Shown in pieces: positions 1-8,812 of a DNA stretch of 64,000 bases. Origin of the DNA: a phage. Each line of letters begins with the position of its first letter. Positions within the stretch are counted from its first letter, which is position 1. Below the pieces are notes generated by a model. It ran no database searches. It was not told where the DNA came from and saw nothing but the letters and a program-made list of their open reading frames with translations. Both the position numbers and the translations under genes were made by a program. The stretch lies in the NCBI GenBank assembly GCA_033286805.1, contig GCA_033286805.1_4727.1; one strand, given 5' to 3'.

Positions 1-1334
1 CAAGACGTAACACCCTGCTTATCGGGGTTCAGTCTGTAATTCACATCCACCTTCAGGCTTTTCGTAACCTGCGTAATCGCACTATGCACTTTGGTCACCG
101 TTTTGCCTTTCTTATCCTTTTCTGTTTCGAAAAGAACGTCGGTGATTTCGGTTACAACCAGACGCGGTGTGGATTCGCGGTTAGCATCAAGCCATTCATC
201 CAGTAACGTCTTTAAGAAGTTCAAGGAATCAATCGCACGCCAAGCAAGGTTAGGTGGATTGCACGCTTCCATTAAAATGGCTGTGTTCGATCCACCTAGC
301 GGAAGATGCACGCTCTTACCGAGGCCCGTCGGACGCATCGTAAGATCGCACTCACCCTCAAGAATATCGCGATGATATTGACGATGATGAAGGTTATCCG
401 TGTATGCGATATACACTGACTCCGTTGTCCCATGCTCTAATACCCGAGATGCATGCGTACGCATAATCTCAACAGCGTCATCCGGCTTACTTAAATAGAT
501 AACACTATACGCACTATCGCTAATCCTTTTCCCTAACTCAAGACGTCCCTTGTTGTCTTTATCGGTGTTACCACCGAAATAGATGTAGCGGCCATCTTTC
601 GCACGCTCTTGCTGCTGGTTGGTGGTAAAGTAGCAGCGTGAGAACGTAAAGAACGGGCTTATTTCCGGTTCGGGGCTCCAATACCCCTTAGCTGGAAGTT
701 CGCGGCGTATTTGGGTTCTTACAGCCCAGTCCTGGTTTTGTGACAGATATGTTCCACGCGTTGCCAGCATATCCGCACGTTCGTTACCAACATTGCCCTC
801 GTGTCCAGGAACATAGCGCAGCGAAATATCGATAGCGTCGCGCTTCGCATCCCTTATCGCGCTATCGAGTTTCCGCCACCGTTCCGCATTCATTAACGGT
901 TTATTGTCGGATTTAACCCAGTTGTTCTCTCGCCAATTAGCAAGATGGTTGGTGGCACCTACAACAACATATTGGCTGTCCGACAACAGCTGGATCCGTT
1001 TTGCCCCCTTTGCTTTTCCAAGTTCAATCGCACGTATTGCAGCATCCAACTCAGCCTGATTGTTCGTTACGTTGAAACCCAAAGCCTCTAACTCGTCCAC
1101 GTATTCCTTGGGTTCGACCAGCACAGCGTCTTTAGGAAAGTCGAGTTTAGGGTCAACATAACCGTATTGCGTTGGTTTGGGCTTCCCACTTTTTGAGGGT
1201 TCCAAGGTGCCTTTTATTTCTTTCACCATATCGTAGGTGTAGCCGTGCACGCCGTAGCCACCATACCCACTCGATGTTGGACGGGATCCTCCATCACAGT
1301 AGAAAACGGCACCGAGCTCAGTATTTCCTGCCAT
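1..1334 (-). CDS. RNase HI-domain protein with long C-terminal extension; partial (3' end beyond window start)
   Basis: Minus-strand ORF from ATG at 1334..1332 (GAGG SD 7 nt upstream) runs open to position 1, so absent from ORF track. N-terminal ~185 aa match E. coli RNase HI block by block: CDGGSR, NNQAELDAAIRAIE, SDSQYVV..NW, VPGHEGNVGNERADMLA. Followed by >250 aa of unknown function. Confidence 0.8.
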   Translation of the reverse strand, partial: MAGNTELGAVFYCDGGSRPTSSGYGGYGVHGYTYDMVKEIKGTLEPSKSGKPKPTQYGYVDPKLDFPKDAVLVEPKEYVDELEALGFNVTNNQAELDAAIRAIELGKAKGAKRIQLLSDSQYVVVGATNHLANWRENNWVKSDNKPLMNAERWRKLDSAIRDAKRDAIDISLRYVPGHEGNVGNERADMLATRGTYLSQNQDWAVRTQIRRELPAKGYWSPEPEISPFFTFSRCYFTTNQQQERAKDGRYIYFGGNTDKDNKGRLELGKRISDSAYSVIYLSKPDDAVEIMRTHASRVLEHGTTESVYIAYTDNLHHRQYHRDILEGECDLTMRPTGLGKSVHLPLGGSNTAILMEACNPPNLAWRAIDSLNFLKTLLDEWLDANRESTPRLVVTEITDVLFETEKDKKGKTVTKVHSAITQVTKSLKVDVNYRLNPDKQGVTS

Positions 1335-1384
1335 TGTAAACCTCATTAATCATTGTCCGTATGATAGCCCAAAGTTGTACGGTA

Positions 1385-1936
1385 TTACCGATTACCGTCG
1401 GTTGACGTTGGTTGATCGCGATCGACTTTCATTGACCGCAGTTTTCCGCCGTTAATTACACATTGATTGCGTTGTTTGGCGGAGGTCAGACTATTACAGA
1501 CGTAATAGGTATCGATAAAACGTTCAACGCGTTCTTGAAACTCCCTCTCGTCAACTTTATCTTTTTCAAAGGTTCGTAACGCTCGATCAACCTCACCCTG
1601 GAGAATCCGGTTCTGTTCAACCATACTGTCGATTAAACGGCCTCTTACTTCGTTCGATGTGTAGAGTTGACGAATCAGTTCTCGGTTGGTGTCTCGTGCA
1701 TAACGCAATGTTGCATTTTCCTGACGTAAACTAGTCACGTCAGCCATCAAGGTAATGATTTTTTCGCCAGCAAATAACGTCACGATACCCAATACGATGA
1801 AAAAGCCCGTAATCAAGAATATCGAGGACTGTCGAGCTCCATCTCGACGATAGCGTGTGGGCGGTCGCTTACTTCGCCGAAACAACTCGCGAAGAAAAGG
1901 GAAAAGCCAGGGCAACGCCTTGAGTGTAGTAAACAT
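1385..1936 (-). CDS. membrane-anchored coiled-coil protein (hypothetical)
   Basis: Start moved to ATG 1936 (AAGGA SD). One N-terminal TM helix (IFLITGFFIVLGIVTLFAG) followed by heptad-like coiled-coil segment. Confidence 0.45.
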   Translation of the reverse strand: MFTTLKALPWLFPFLRELFRRSKRPPTRYRRDGARQSSIFLITGFFIVLGIVTLFAGEKIITLMADVTSLRQENATLRYARDTNRELIRQLYTSNEVRGRLIDSMVEQNRILQGEVDRALRTFEKDKVDEREFQERVERFIDTYYVCNSLTSAKQRNQCVINGGKLRSMKVDRDQPTSTDGNR

Positions 1937-1990
1937 GCGTGTGTCCTTGATAGTATGAAATTTCCAATACAACTTAACCGAGGACGTCGA

Positions 1991-3331
1991 ATGATTAGTA
2001 TTTTTGGTTTTTATACGTACAAAGGGTACGCTAATAACCACCCAAAAACCACGGCGAAATTCGGTGAGTTCAGTCAGCACAGTGCTACGTTCAGTCGCGA
2101 AATCGGCATCTATACCAACACGGCGTACGCACGTACGACCTTATTAGTGTTGAATGCCGAAAACGAAGCTGGTGAAGCACAAACGCTGAATGACGACACC
2201 GCAGGCCGTATTCTTCAGGTTGGTCAATGGTTGCTGGAAAAAGCCGCATCGGGCGAAATCCAAGATGACCGAGACCAAGTTATTGGCTACCTAAAAGACG
2301 ACTTCACAACGTATTTGGATTCTATCGACATCCCGACACCCACCACCGATGGGAACGTCTATCTACCGGCGTGGATCAGTTTCAAGATAACCGCCACGGG
2401 TGATGTTGTCAAGATATGGCTGTCTGATAGCGTATTCCAAAGTCAATATCCAAAATACGAATACGAAGTCGTTCCTCCTGTTCCTAAGGATCAGTTAGAC
2501 ACCTTCTTCGAAGATCTGGCAACGTTGAAGAAACTGGTTGACAGTCGAAGCAGCGAGAAACTGACCGAAGAAATCAACGAGGTGCGCGACCAATTCCCAG
2601 ACACACAATTGTGGACGAAAACCTATAAAGCGTACGATTACACCGACGATTCGAAGTACATTGATACCGATTGGACGGTGATTATCTACGGTGCAGCAGG
2701 TAACAATATTGATAATATCAAGGAGTTCCTGCAAAACTGGATTCTTAGCAATAGCACGCATGGACGCCCAGACTGGGAAATCGTTCTGCCGGATCTTTTT
2801 ATCCCGACAGAACACATCTTCATTCCAATCTGGAACCGCCACAGCGCTCCGGAGATGACCAATCAGGCACGTATCTATAGTCCCATCTTCGATGATTCGT
2901 TGATGGATACCTACCTGAAAAACTTTGCTGATGGTTACGGCGAAACCGCCGAAGTCCGTAAGTCGCTTCAAGCGGTGCCGACGTTGTGGCGCTCGATCGG
3001 TTTCTTAAGTGTTGGTAACTCACGTAACCGTGATGGTAAACTTAAGTTCTACGACCGCTGGCCACAATACGCGCTCATCAGCACAACCAGCATCGACATT
3101 AACCGTATCGACGATGCGACACGTGAATTCATCACCTTCACTTACGAAATGCTGAAACTGGCAGAATCGCTGACCGAAGACGACCCGGTACCGTTGGGTT
3201 ATAGTCGTGTTACGCGTGGTAGCAATAGCTTCTTAGCGAAAAGCCATAACGATGTTCAGTATCTCTTCTTAACAAAAGAAGCGTTCCTGAAGAAAATGCC
3301 GGATGAAGCCGACACGCCTGTTGGAGGTTGA
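1991..3331 (+). CDS. hypothetical protein (446 aa)
   Basis: ATG 1991 with GAGGA SD 6 nt upstream; long ORF; no recognisable motif. Confidence 0.6.
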   Translation: MISIFGFYTYKGYANNHPKTTAKFGEFSQHSATFSREIGIYTNTAYARTTLLVLNAENEAGEAQTLNDDTAGRILQVGQWLLEKAASGEIQDDRDQVIGYLKDDFTTYLDSIDIPTPTTDGNVYLPAWISFKITATGDVVKIWLSDSVFQSQYPKYEYEVVPPVPKDQLDTFFEDLATLKKLVDSRSSEKLTEEINEVRDQFPDTQLWTKTYKAYDYTDDSKYIDTDWTVIIYGAAGNNIDNIKEFLQNWILSNSTHGRPDWEIVLPDLFIPTEHIFIPIWNRHSAPEMTNQARIYSPIFDDSLMDTYLKNFADGYGETAEVRKSLQAVPTLWRSIGFLSVGNSRNRDGKLKFYDRWPQYALISTTSIDINRIDDATREFITFTYEMLKLAESLTEDDPVPLGYSRVTRGSNSFLAKSHNDVQYLFLTKEAFLKKMPDEADTPVGG

Positions 3332-3333
3332 TT

Positions 3334-3960
3334 ATGGCTGTAACACGCATGACGCCAAGTCCCGGTGCGGTCGGGGTATTCACAGTATCAGCGCCGTTTT
3401 CCGTTGGTGCGTCAACGCTATATACCGTTACAGCGTTACGCCGATTCAGCGAAGTCATCGGTAGTGGAATCGATCTATTTACGGAACTGTACGAACCGTT
3501 ATCAATAGACAAATCCACTTTCGAAGCGCATCTCGAAGCGAATGCTTATCTCGTCACGTTGCAACCGGATTATGGTGCGCCCGTACTGGTACCTGATACG
3601 TATATCACGTCGTACCCAAAGAACGATTCCTTGCGGTATCGTCGCATTATTCTGGGTATCGATTTCGGGCCTCTTCCTCCCGGTCTTGACCTTTCGTATT
3701 TAACAACGATATTGAAAGGTAAGGCCAGTGATATTCTTGGTGTCGAACCTGAAGTTAAAACGATGGAAATCACTCTCGATGATACCGTTACTCAGGAACA
3801 ACATCAGATAAACGAAGCCCGTCGTCAGGCTGCGATAAAAGAGCGGGATACCATTTACGCACGCTGTGAAACGCAAGAGAAGCAGATAACGGCTTTACTT
3901 GCAACCCAAAAGCAACTTATCAAATTGCTTCAAGACGCCGGTATCAATCCGACACCTTAA
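3334..3960 (+). CDS. hypothetical protein
   Basis: ATG 3334 preceded by GGAGG; starts 2 nt after upstream stop; ends 7 nt before hairpin at 3967. Confidence 0.55.
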   Translation: MAVTRMTPSPGAVGVFTVSAPFSVGASTLYTVTALRRFSEVIGSGIDLFTELYEPLSIDKSTFEAHLEANAYLVTLQPDYGAPVLVPDTYITSYPKNDSLRYRRIILGIDFGPLPPGLDLSYLTTILKGKASDILGVEPEVKTMEITLDDTVTQEQHQINEARRQAAIKERDTIYARCETQEKQITALLATQKQLIKLLQDAGINPTP

Positions 3961-3966
3961 CATATT

Positions 3967-3998
3967 CCCTCCTCCTTCCCTGTTGGGTTGGAGGAGGG
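3967..3998. terminator. CCTCC/GGAGG palindromic hairpin (H1)
   Basis: ccctcctcc-tt-ccc-tgtt-ggg-tt-ggaggaggg, then TTATGCCGTCA; between convergent genes 3334-3960(+) and 4071-4772(-); A13 tract at 4013-4025. Confidence 0.65.
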
Positions 3999-4070
3999 TT
4001 ATGCCGTCAAGCAAAAAAAAAAAAATGATAGTCACAGGCTCTCCAATGAAGGAGAGCCGTGACCGTCAGT

Positions 4071-4772
4071 TTAAGATGCAGATAATCTCGCGTACTTCTG
4101 GCGAACATGGTTCTTACGGCGAACTTCGTCGTCCTCGTCACGCCATTCGAGGTAAGCAACGAATCGACGTAACTGCGCCGCCGTCATCGTTGACGAGCGG
4201 TCTTCTACGTCTAGAACAACGTAACGAACATCACCAACACCATCGCAATCAACGTAACTGAATACCAAAAGACCATCACCGTATTCAACGATGGTAACTT
4301 CGAATCGTTTATTGAACAAATAAAACAGTTCCGATTCAATGATCATCGGAATGACGCATAAATCAGCACGATTGAGGATTTCCATCATCACCCGTAACGC
4401 GCGAGGAGTATGGCGAGCGAACTGGTCGTTAAAACGTTGTTTCATCGCTTGTTCCACGCCATCTGTTTTTGTTCCAAACCAAGGACGTATTACAGATTTC
4501 GGTGGTGTGAGACGAAAGCGATATGCTTGTATAAACAACAGAATATCAGCGACGTTAGGAAATTCTTCCTGGTCTTCGTATATCTTGCGGATAATATCCG
4601 GAATCGTAACCATCAAGTATTTCTTATCGCCTCCCACTTTCTCGAGATTAGCAATATGTCCTTCTACCATAGGCTGGTAAACGAAATTATACCAATGACG
4701 GTATCTTTCGGTGCGTTGGTAGTTTGGGATAAAATTAAGAATAATACTCACTGCGCGTTTTAATGGGTTCAT
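4071..4772 (-). CDS. hypothetical protein (233 aa)
   Basis: Long ORF on dominant strand, last gene of a minus-strand block, converging on hairpin at 3967-3998. Confidence 0.55.
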   Translation of the reverse strand: MNPLKRAVSIILNFIPNYQRTERYRHWYNFVYQPMVEGHIANLEKVGGDKKYLMVTIPDIIRKIYEDQEEFPNVADILLFIQAYRFRLTPPKSVIRPWFGTKTDGVEQAMKQRFNDQFARHTPRALRVMMEILNRADLCVIPMIIESELFYLFNKRFEVTIVEYGDGLLVFSYVDCDGVGDVRYVVLDVEDRSSTMTAAQLRRFVAYLEWRDEDDEVRRKNHVRQKYARLSAS

Positions 4773-4786
4773 CGGAAGGATCCTTC

Positions 4787-5200
4787 TTATGTTTTAATAT
4801 GCACATCGTCAATCCCCTCGGTAATCCAGCCGATGGGAAGGACAATCGTTGTTATCGTGTTATGGGTGTAATGATTGAGAAAGTGGAAATAGTAATTTTT
4901 GTTAGACTGTTCGATCCGTAGGTCGAGGTGCGCGTCTTCAGGTAACCGTAACCAAGCACCGTACAGTTCATTAAACTTACGCTGAATTTTACCGGGGTTC
5001 ATTGGAACCCCACGACCACGACGATGTAGCTGACGTAATGATTCAATCAAACACTCAGAGATACCCGTTGTCGTTCCGTTATCGCTTGTATCAATAACGA
5101 TGAACTCTCGTGACCCACGACCGAGATAAAAGCCAGCGACAAAAGCTGCAGCAACAAAAATTATCGTACCGATACCAATATACCAATAGTAAGTATCCAT
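4787..5200 (-). CDS. small membrane protein (N-terminal TM helix)
   Basis: ATG 5200 with GTGAGG SD; hydrophobic stretch IGIGTIIFVAAAFVAGFYL. Confidence 0.5.
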   Translation of the reverse strand: MDTYYWYIGIGTIIFVAAAFVAGFYLGRGSREFIVIDTSDNGTTTGISECLIESLRQLHRRGRGVPMNPGKIQRKFNELYGAWLRLPEDAHLDLRIEQSNKNYYFHFLNHYTHNTITTIVLPIGWITEGIDDVHIKT

Positions 5201-5211
5201 AACGACCTCAC

Positions 5212-5739
5212 TTATACCCAATAGTCGGCAAGCGGTTTTACCTTATTAATGGGCAACTGTACTTTACCGATGTTCTCTACATCCGCATCAGCGTAGAGAA
5301 CAATTTTATCATCGTCTCTTTCCCAACGAATAATAAATCGACCAGGAAGAAGATTACTCTGTTCAAGAGACGCAGTAACCTGCTGCGTCAAAACAGACAA
5401 CCAAGCAGGCATCAATGTTGCAATATCTAAGTCATTTGACCACTCAGCACGTTGCTCCACTGGACGTAACATACGTTCGACGGTGCGTTGAACCGTTGCG
5501 GTGATATAGCCTTTATCTTCGTCACTGATTGGATCAGGACGAGACACAAAACGTTCAGCAGGCTTGTGGGTAATATATTCATGCAAATCGATGAGTGGTG
5601 TTGTCATAGTACTCGCTCCATCAGAATGTAATTGGGTAACCCGTAGGGTTGTCTGCATGCTATTCAGAAGCGCAAAAGCGCCATAAACAACAACGATACC
5701 AAGTATAGCCAAAACAGAAATCATTAACGTGTATTGCAT
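5212..5739 (-). CDS. membrane protein (N-terminal TM helix)
   Basis: ATG 5739 with GGGGAG SD at 6 nt; TM segment LMISVLAILGIVVVYGAFALL. Confidence 0.5.
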   Translation of the reverse strand: MQYTLMISVLAILGIVVVYGAFALLNSMQTTLRVTQLHSDGASTMTTPLIDLHEYITHKPAERFVSRPDPISDEDKGYITATVQRTVERMLRPVEQRAEWSNDLDIATLMPAWLSVLTQQVTASLEQSNLLPGRFIIRWERDDDKIVLYADADVENIGKVQLPINKVKPLADYWV

Positions 5740-5840
5740 TGTCATCTCCCCTACATACGCATCTTGAAGATCGGTTAAAAACAACAAAAGAAAAAACGAT
5801 ATAAAGCAAGGTCCTCTGATATCAGAGGACCTTGGATCAA

Positions 5841-6497
5841 TTAGCTTGCAGCTTCTTCATTTGTATCAGGTTTGCTTCCCCCTAACAAACCGTCAAACAG
5901 ACCCGTATGTTTCAGGTAGAAGAGAGCGATAGCGCCCATTGCTGCTGCGCTCGTCGCCGTTAACGCAACCCCAGCACGATACTGCCATTTACGGTCAGGC
6001 TTTTGATCAAGAGCCATACGACGCATGTATTCAGCCTCTGCTTCATTCCGATGAATTTCGGATTCAGCCAAGCGGGCTAAGGTATCGCGGTCAAGGTTAT
6101 CATAACGTACGTTCATGGTGGTTTCCTCTTGTTTGGAAGTTGATTGCTTAGTGGATTCTTGGTCAACAGTCGTTTCAGATGGTTCAAACGGCTGGTTGTT
6201 CATTTTCTGATCTTTATTGGTCATGATAGACTCCTTCGATTTTTGAGATGAAATTGATTTAAACCATCGTGGATGGCGGTATTCAGTTTTACATGTGCAG
6301 TTAAGTTTCTCGTGCAGGAAAGCGTAAAAACGTTTTGCGCCTACACGTAAGGCTTTCAGCATTACCCATCCACGAGCACTCAAACGGTGTAGCTGTTGCG
6401 GTATGTCTAGTTTCCTAGCCAAGCGAAAGTATCTTTCAATCACTTCGATAGGAAACCATTGTTGTTCCACATCGGTGAGACTGAAAGTCTTATCCAT
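5841..6497 (-). CDS. hypothetical protein with C-terminal TM helix
   Basis: First ORF downstream of promoter box at 6522-6545; C-terminal hydrophobic segment GVALTATSAAAMGAIALFYL. Confidence 0.5.
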   Translation of the reverse strand: MDKTFSLTDVEQQWFPIEVIERYFRLARKLDIPQQLHRLSARGWVMLKALRVGAKRFYAFLHEKLNCTCKTEYRHPRWFKSISSQKSKESIMTNKDQKMNNQPFEPSETTVDQESTKQSTSKQEETTMNVRYDNLDRDTLARLAESEIHRNEAEAEYMRRMALDQKPDRKWQYRAGVALTATSAAAMGAIALFYLKHTGLFDGLLGGSKPDTNEEAAS

Positions 6498-6521
6498 GAA
6501 TGAAATCTCGCTGGCTTACTT

Positions 6522-6545
6522 CACTTAAGTAATATAGCCGTGAAA
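6522..6545 (-). promoter_or_regulatory. conserved 24-bp promoter-like box, copy a
   Basis: Plus reading CACTTAAGTAATATAGCCGTGAAA; minus reading TTTCACGGCTATATTACTTAAGTG; 25 nt upstream of ATG of 5841-6497(-). Confidence 0.55.
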
Positions 6546-6647
6546 AATGTTGGAATAAGTTAAATACCGCAACCGCAGCTAATTTTATAGGCTTTTAGCC
6601 TAAACCAATCATCTTCGGAATCATCATCTTTGAAACAGGAATCTATC

Positions 6648-7469
6648 ATGGAAAAAGTATTTGTTTGTAAGCTGTTTACCAACGGCAATAGCCAACCAAT
6701 GTACCTGACCGATCCAGTTCTAGGTAATCGGAACAGCACCGTATTCAAAGAAGCTTTCGAATACGCTAAAAATAAAGCCGTGAGAACACTGACGTCCGAT
6801 GACTGTATCAACGGTATCACGTGGGCGGAGTTATTCGGTGATGCTGTTAGACACTTCGTTCGGGACGCAAGAAAACGGGAAATCTGTCTCACGACTATCG
6901 TTGTGCGTGAAAATGCAGAAATTTTATCAAACGTTTTGGTTGATTTTAATGACGTTTGCGTGTTTAATCCAGAGAACACGTTTGAACAATATCTTACTGC
7001 CCTGAACAACCAGCTCGGTAAAGATATTCATCCCGAATTCGCCAAGTTAACATATCAGTTACTTTTTGACGACGTCGATCCAAATACGAAGATCGATACC
7101 AGCTTATCGCCCCTGGTAAAGAAATACGGATCGGTTCTCGCTACGGCAACACCCACCACCGATGGCGGTTATGATATCGAATTGGATGGTCCATTAAAAG
7201 AACAAGAGCCTACTGGGGTTAGGGCGGTACATCACAACCTCGTCGTTAAATCTGATGGGTGCGATGAACATTACGCTATGATAAACGATGAAAACAATTA
7301 CCGTTTAAGTCAAGCGATTGGTGTTCTACGCTATACCGAACCCACTGTTGTAGACGATTATACATCGACAACAACGCACACCACGTGTTTCATTTTCATC
7401 TATCCCAATGAAAGTGTGTACATTACTGACTGCTACGGCAATACCGTAGATAGCTTACGTCGTTACTAA
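6648..7469 (+). CDS. hypothetical protein
   Basis: ATG 6648 with AGGA SD 7 nt upstream; followed by TTCG-loop terminator at 7476. Confidence 0.55.
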   Translation: MEKVFVCKLFTNGNSQPMYLTDPVLGNRNSTVFKEAFEYAKNKAVRTLTSDDCINGITWAELFGDAVRHFVRDARKREICLTTIVVRENAEILSNVLVDFNDVCVFNPENTFEQYLTALNNQLGKDIHPEFAKLTYQLLFDDVDPNTKIDTSLSPLVKKYGSVLATATPTTDGGYDIELDGPLKEQEPTGVRAVHHNLVVKSDGCDEHYAMINDENNYRLSQAIGVLRYTEPTVVDDYTSTTTHTTCFIFIYPNESVYITDCYGNTVDSLRRY

Positions 7470-7475
7470 TCGTCG

Positions 7476-7508
7476 AGCCTGTCCTTCGGGGCAGGCTTTT
7501 ATGCTGTT
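7476..7508 (+). terminator. intrinsic terminator, TTCG-tetraloop family (T1)
   Basis: agcctgtcc-ttcg-gggcaggct then TTTTATGCTGTTA; directly after stop of 6648-7469. Confidence 0.75.
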
Positions 7509-7577
7509 AAATATCAGGAATAAGAATTAACAAAATAGGAAAATGGTGTGAATATAACACAAAGGAGGGAGATGATC

Positions 7578-7694
7578 ATGTTACTCATTTTAATGGAGAG
7601 AGCATTGCTGGCGGGTATCTGCGCATTCTCTGTTAAACACGCTGTTGCTATCATGGCTGAAGAAAGGCGTAATACGCATAATGTATTACGCTGA
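7578..7694 (+). CDS. small hydrophobic peptide (38 aa; MLLILMERALLAGICAFSVKHAVAIMAEERRNTHNVLR)
   Basis: Not in ORF track (<60 aa). Strong SD AAGGAGGG 8 nt upstream of ATG 7578; hydrophobic N-terminal half. Confidence 0.3.
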   Translation: MLLILMERALLAGICAFSVKHAVAIMAEERRNTHNVLR

Positions 7695-7711
7695 AAACAC
7701 TGTGTGCATTA

Positions 7712-8113
7712 GTGTATGACGAGAAATCGTCGAGGCCCCCGTCTTCACGAGGGCCAACACCTATGCATGATTATTCATCGTCTGTTAAACAAAAGGTTAT
7801 AAACATGAGCAATTTGAACGTTGAATTTACTTCAACAACGCCTGTCATGAATGGTGTTGGCACTGAAACCAAAATCGTATTAGAACCCATTCCAGGGTTA
7901 CGCGATCTCGGTGATTTTTATCCACTGATGCCGCGTATACGGAAGGCCTTAAACAGTATCGATCTTGATTCCAATAAAGATTTCCAACACGATACAGAAA
8001 ATACCGATCATGTATTGCTGCCATCAGGGATCGCAAAATTCACCTACACGCAAACATTGAAAGCCTCCGATGGTGAAATCCGTCGTTTTATCGTTGAAGT
8101 AGAAAGCGCATAA
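7712..8113 (+). CDS. hypothetical protein (start uncertain; alternative ATG at 7805)
   Basis: ORF ending just before hairpin 8119-8148; no motif recognised. Confidence 0.45.
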   Translation: MYDEKSSRPPSSRGPTPMHDYSSSVKQKVINMSNLNVEFTSTTPVMNGVGTETKIVLEPIPGLRDLGDFYPLMPRIRKALNSIDLDSNKDFQHDTENTDHVLLPSGIAKFTYTQTLKASDGEIRRFIVEVESA

Positions 8114-8118
8114 AAACC

Positions 8119-8148
8119 ATCCTCCCAACCCGTAAGGGAAGGGAGGAT
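8119..8148. terminator. CCTCC/GGAGG palindromic hairpin (H2)
   Basis: atcctccc-aa-ccc-gtaa-ggg-aa-gggaggat then AAATATGCCGTTA; convergent junction 7712-8113(+)/8167-8796(-); TTTTTAT on minus side. Confidence 0.7.
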
Positions 8149-8166
8149 GAAATATGCCGTTAAACG

Positions 8167-8796
8167 TTATTCAACAAACCCTGCATTCAACAGATTGTCG
8201 TAAACACGATTAGCGACATCAACAGGAGAATGTGTGTTACTGGTATCTATACGCAGCGTTTTCGCGTCGCCGAGATAGTCCATAAAATCCATGTAACGAT
8301 AACGTCGTTTATTGAATGTCGCTTCATCGATGTTATCAAACATCTGATGTTTAGCGTGACGAACACGGAACCGTCTTAAATACGTAGGATAGTCAATATC
8401 CAGATAAACATAGTAAGACGGCATGATAATCGACGGTAGGTTCGGCAACAACGCGTCAAACAGCTTAACGTTGGCATCATTAACCTGGTAAACATACGTC
8501 GAAGCAATCGAACGATCGCTAAGCACAGTTTTCCCTTCGTTAAGGGCTGGATGAATCACCTTGTTGAAGAGATGATTACGTTGCGACATCATCGCCAACA
8601 GCTCGGTTTCCGGATCGAATCTGTTTGTTGGTGTTTGGTCTTCCAGGATAAGTTTACGAATGGCTTCTCCGTAGAGAGTACCACCGGGTTCACGTACGAC
8701 ACAGACATTGTTTAAACGGCTGTGTAAAGACGAGATAACCGAACTCTTTCCTGAATAATCCAAACCTTCAATAACGATATACTTATTACGAGACAT
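8167..8796 (-). CDS. tmk: thymidylate kinase (dTMP kinase)
   Basis: MSRNKYIVIEGLDYSGKSS (P-loop), VVREPGGT, SDRS..YVYQ align with E. coli Tmk MRSKYIVIEGLEGAGKTT / FTREPGGT / GDRHDLSTQAYQ. ATG 8796 with GGAG SD. Confidence 0.9.
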   Translation of the reverse strand: MSRNKYIVIEGLDYSGKSSVISSLHSRLNNVCVVREPGGTLYGEAIRKLILEDQTPTNRFDPETELLAMMSQRNHLFNKVIHPALNEGKTVLSDRSIASTYVYQVNDANVKLFDALLPNLPSIIMPSYYVYLDIDYPTYLRRFRVRHAKHQMFDNIDEATFNKRRYRYMDFMDYLGDAKTLRIDTSNTHSPVDVANRVYDNLLNAGFVE

Positions 8797-8812
8797 TCCC
8801 CGCTCCAATTAA

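Noticed and set aside
3899-4261. 120-aa plus-strand ORF starting near hairpin H1
   Set aside because: Spans the hairpin and an A13 tract and is antisense to 4071-4772; the ATG is part of the terminator tail.
6560-7009. 149-aa minus-strand ORF overlapping 6648-7469
   Set aside because: Overlaps a longer plus-strand ORF with a good RBS and would place the promoter box inside coding sequence.
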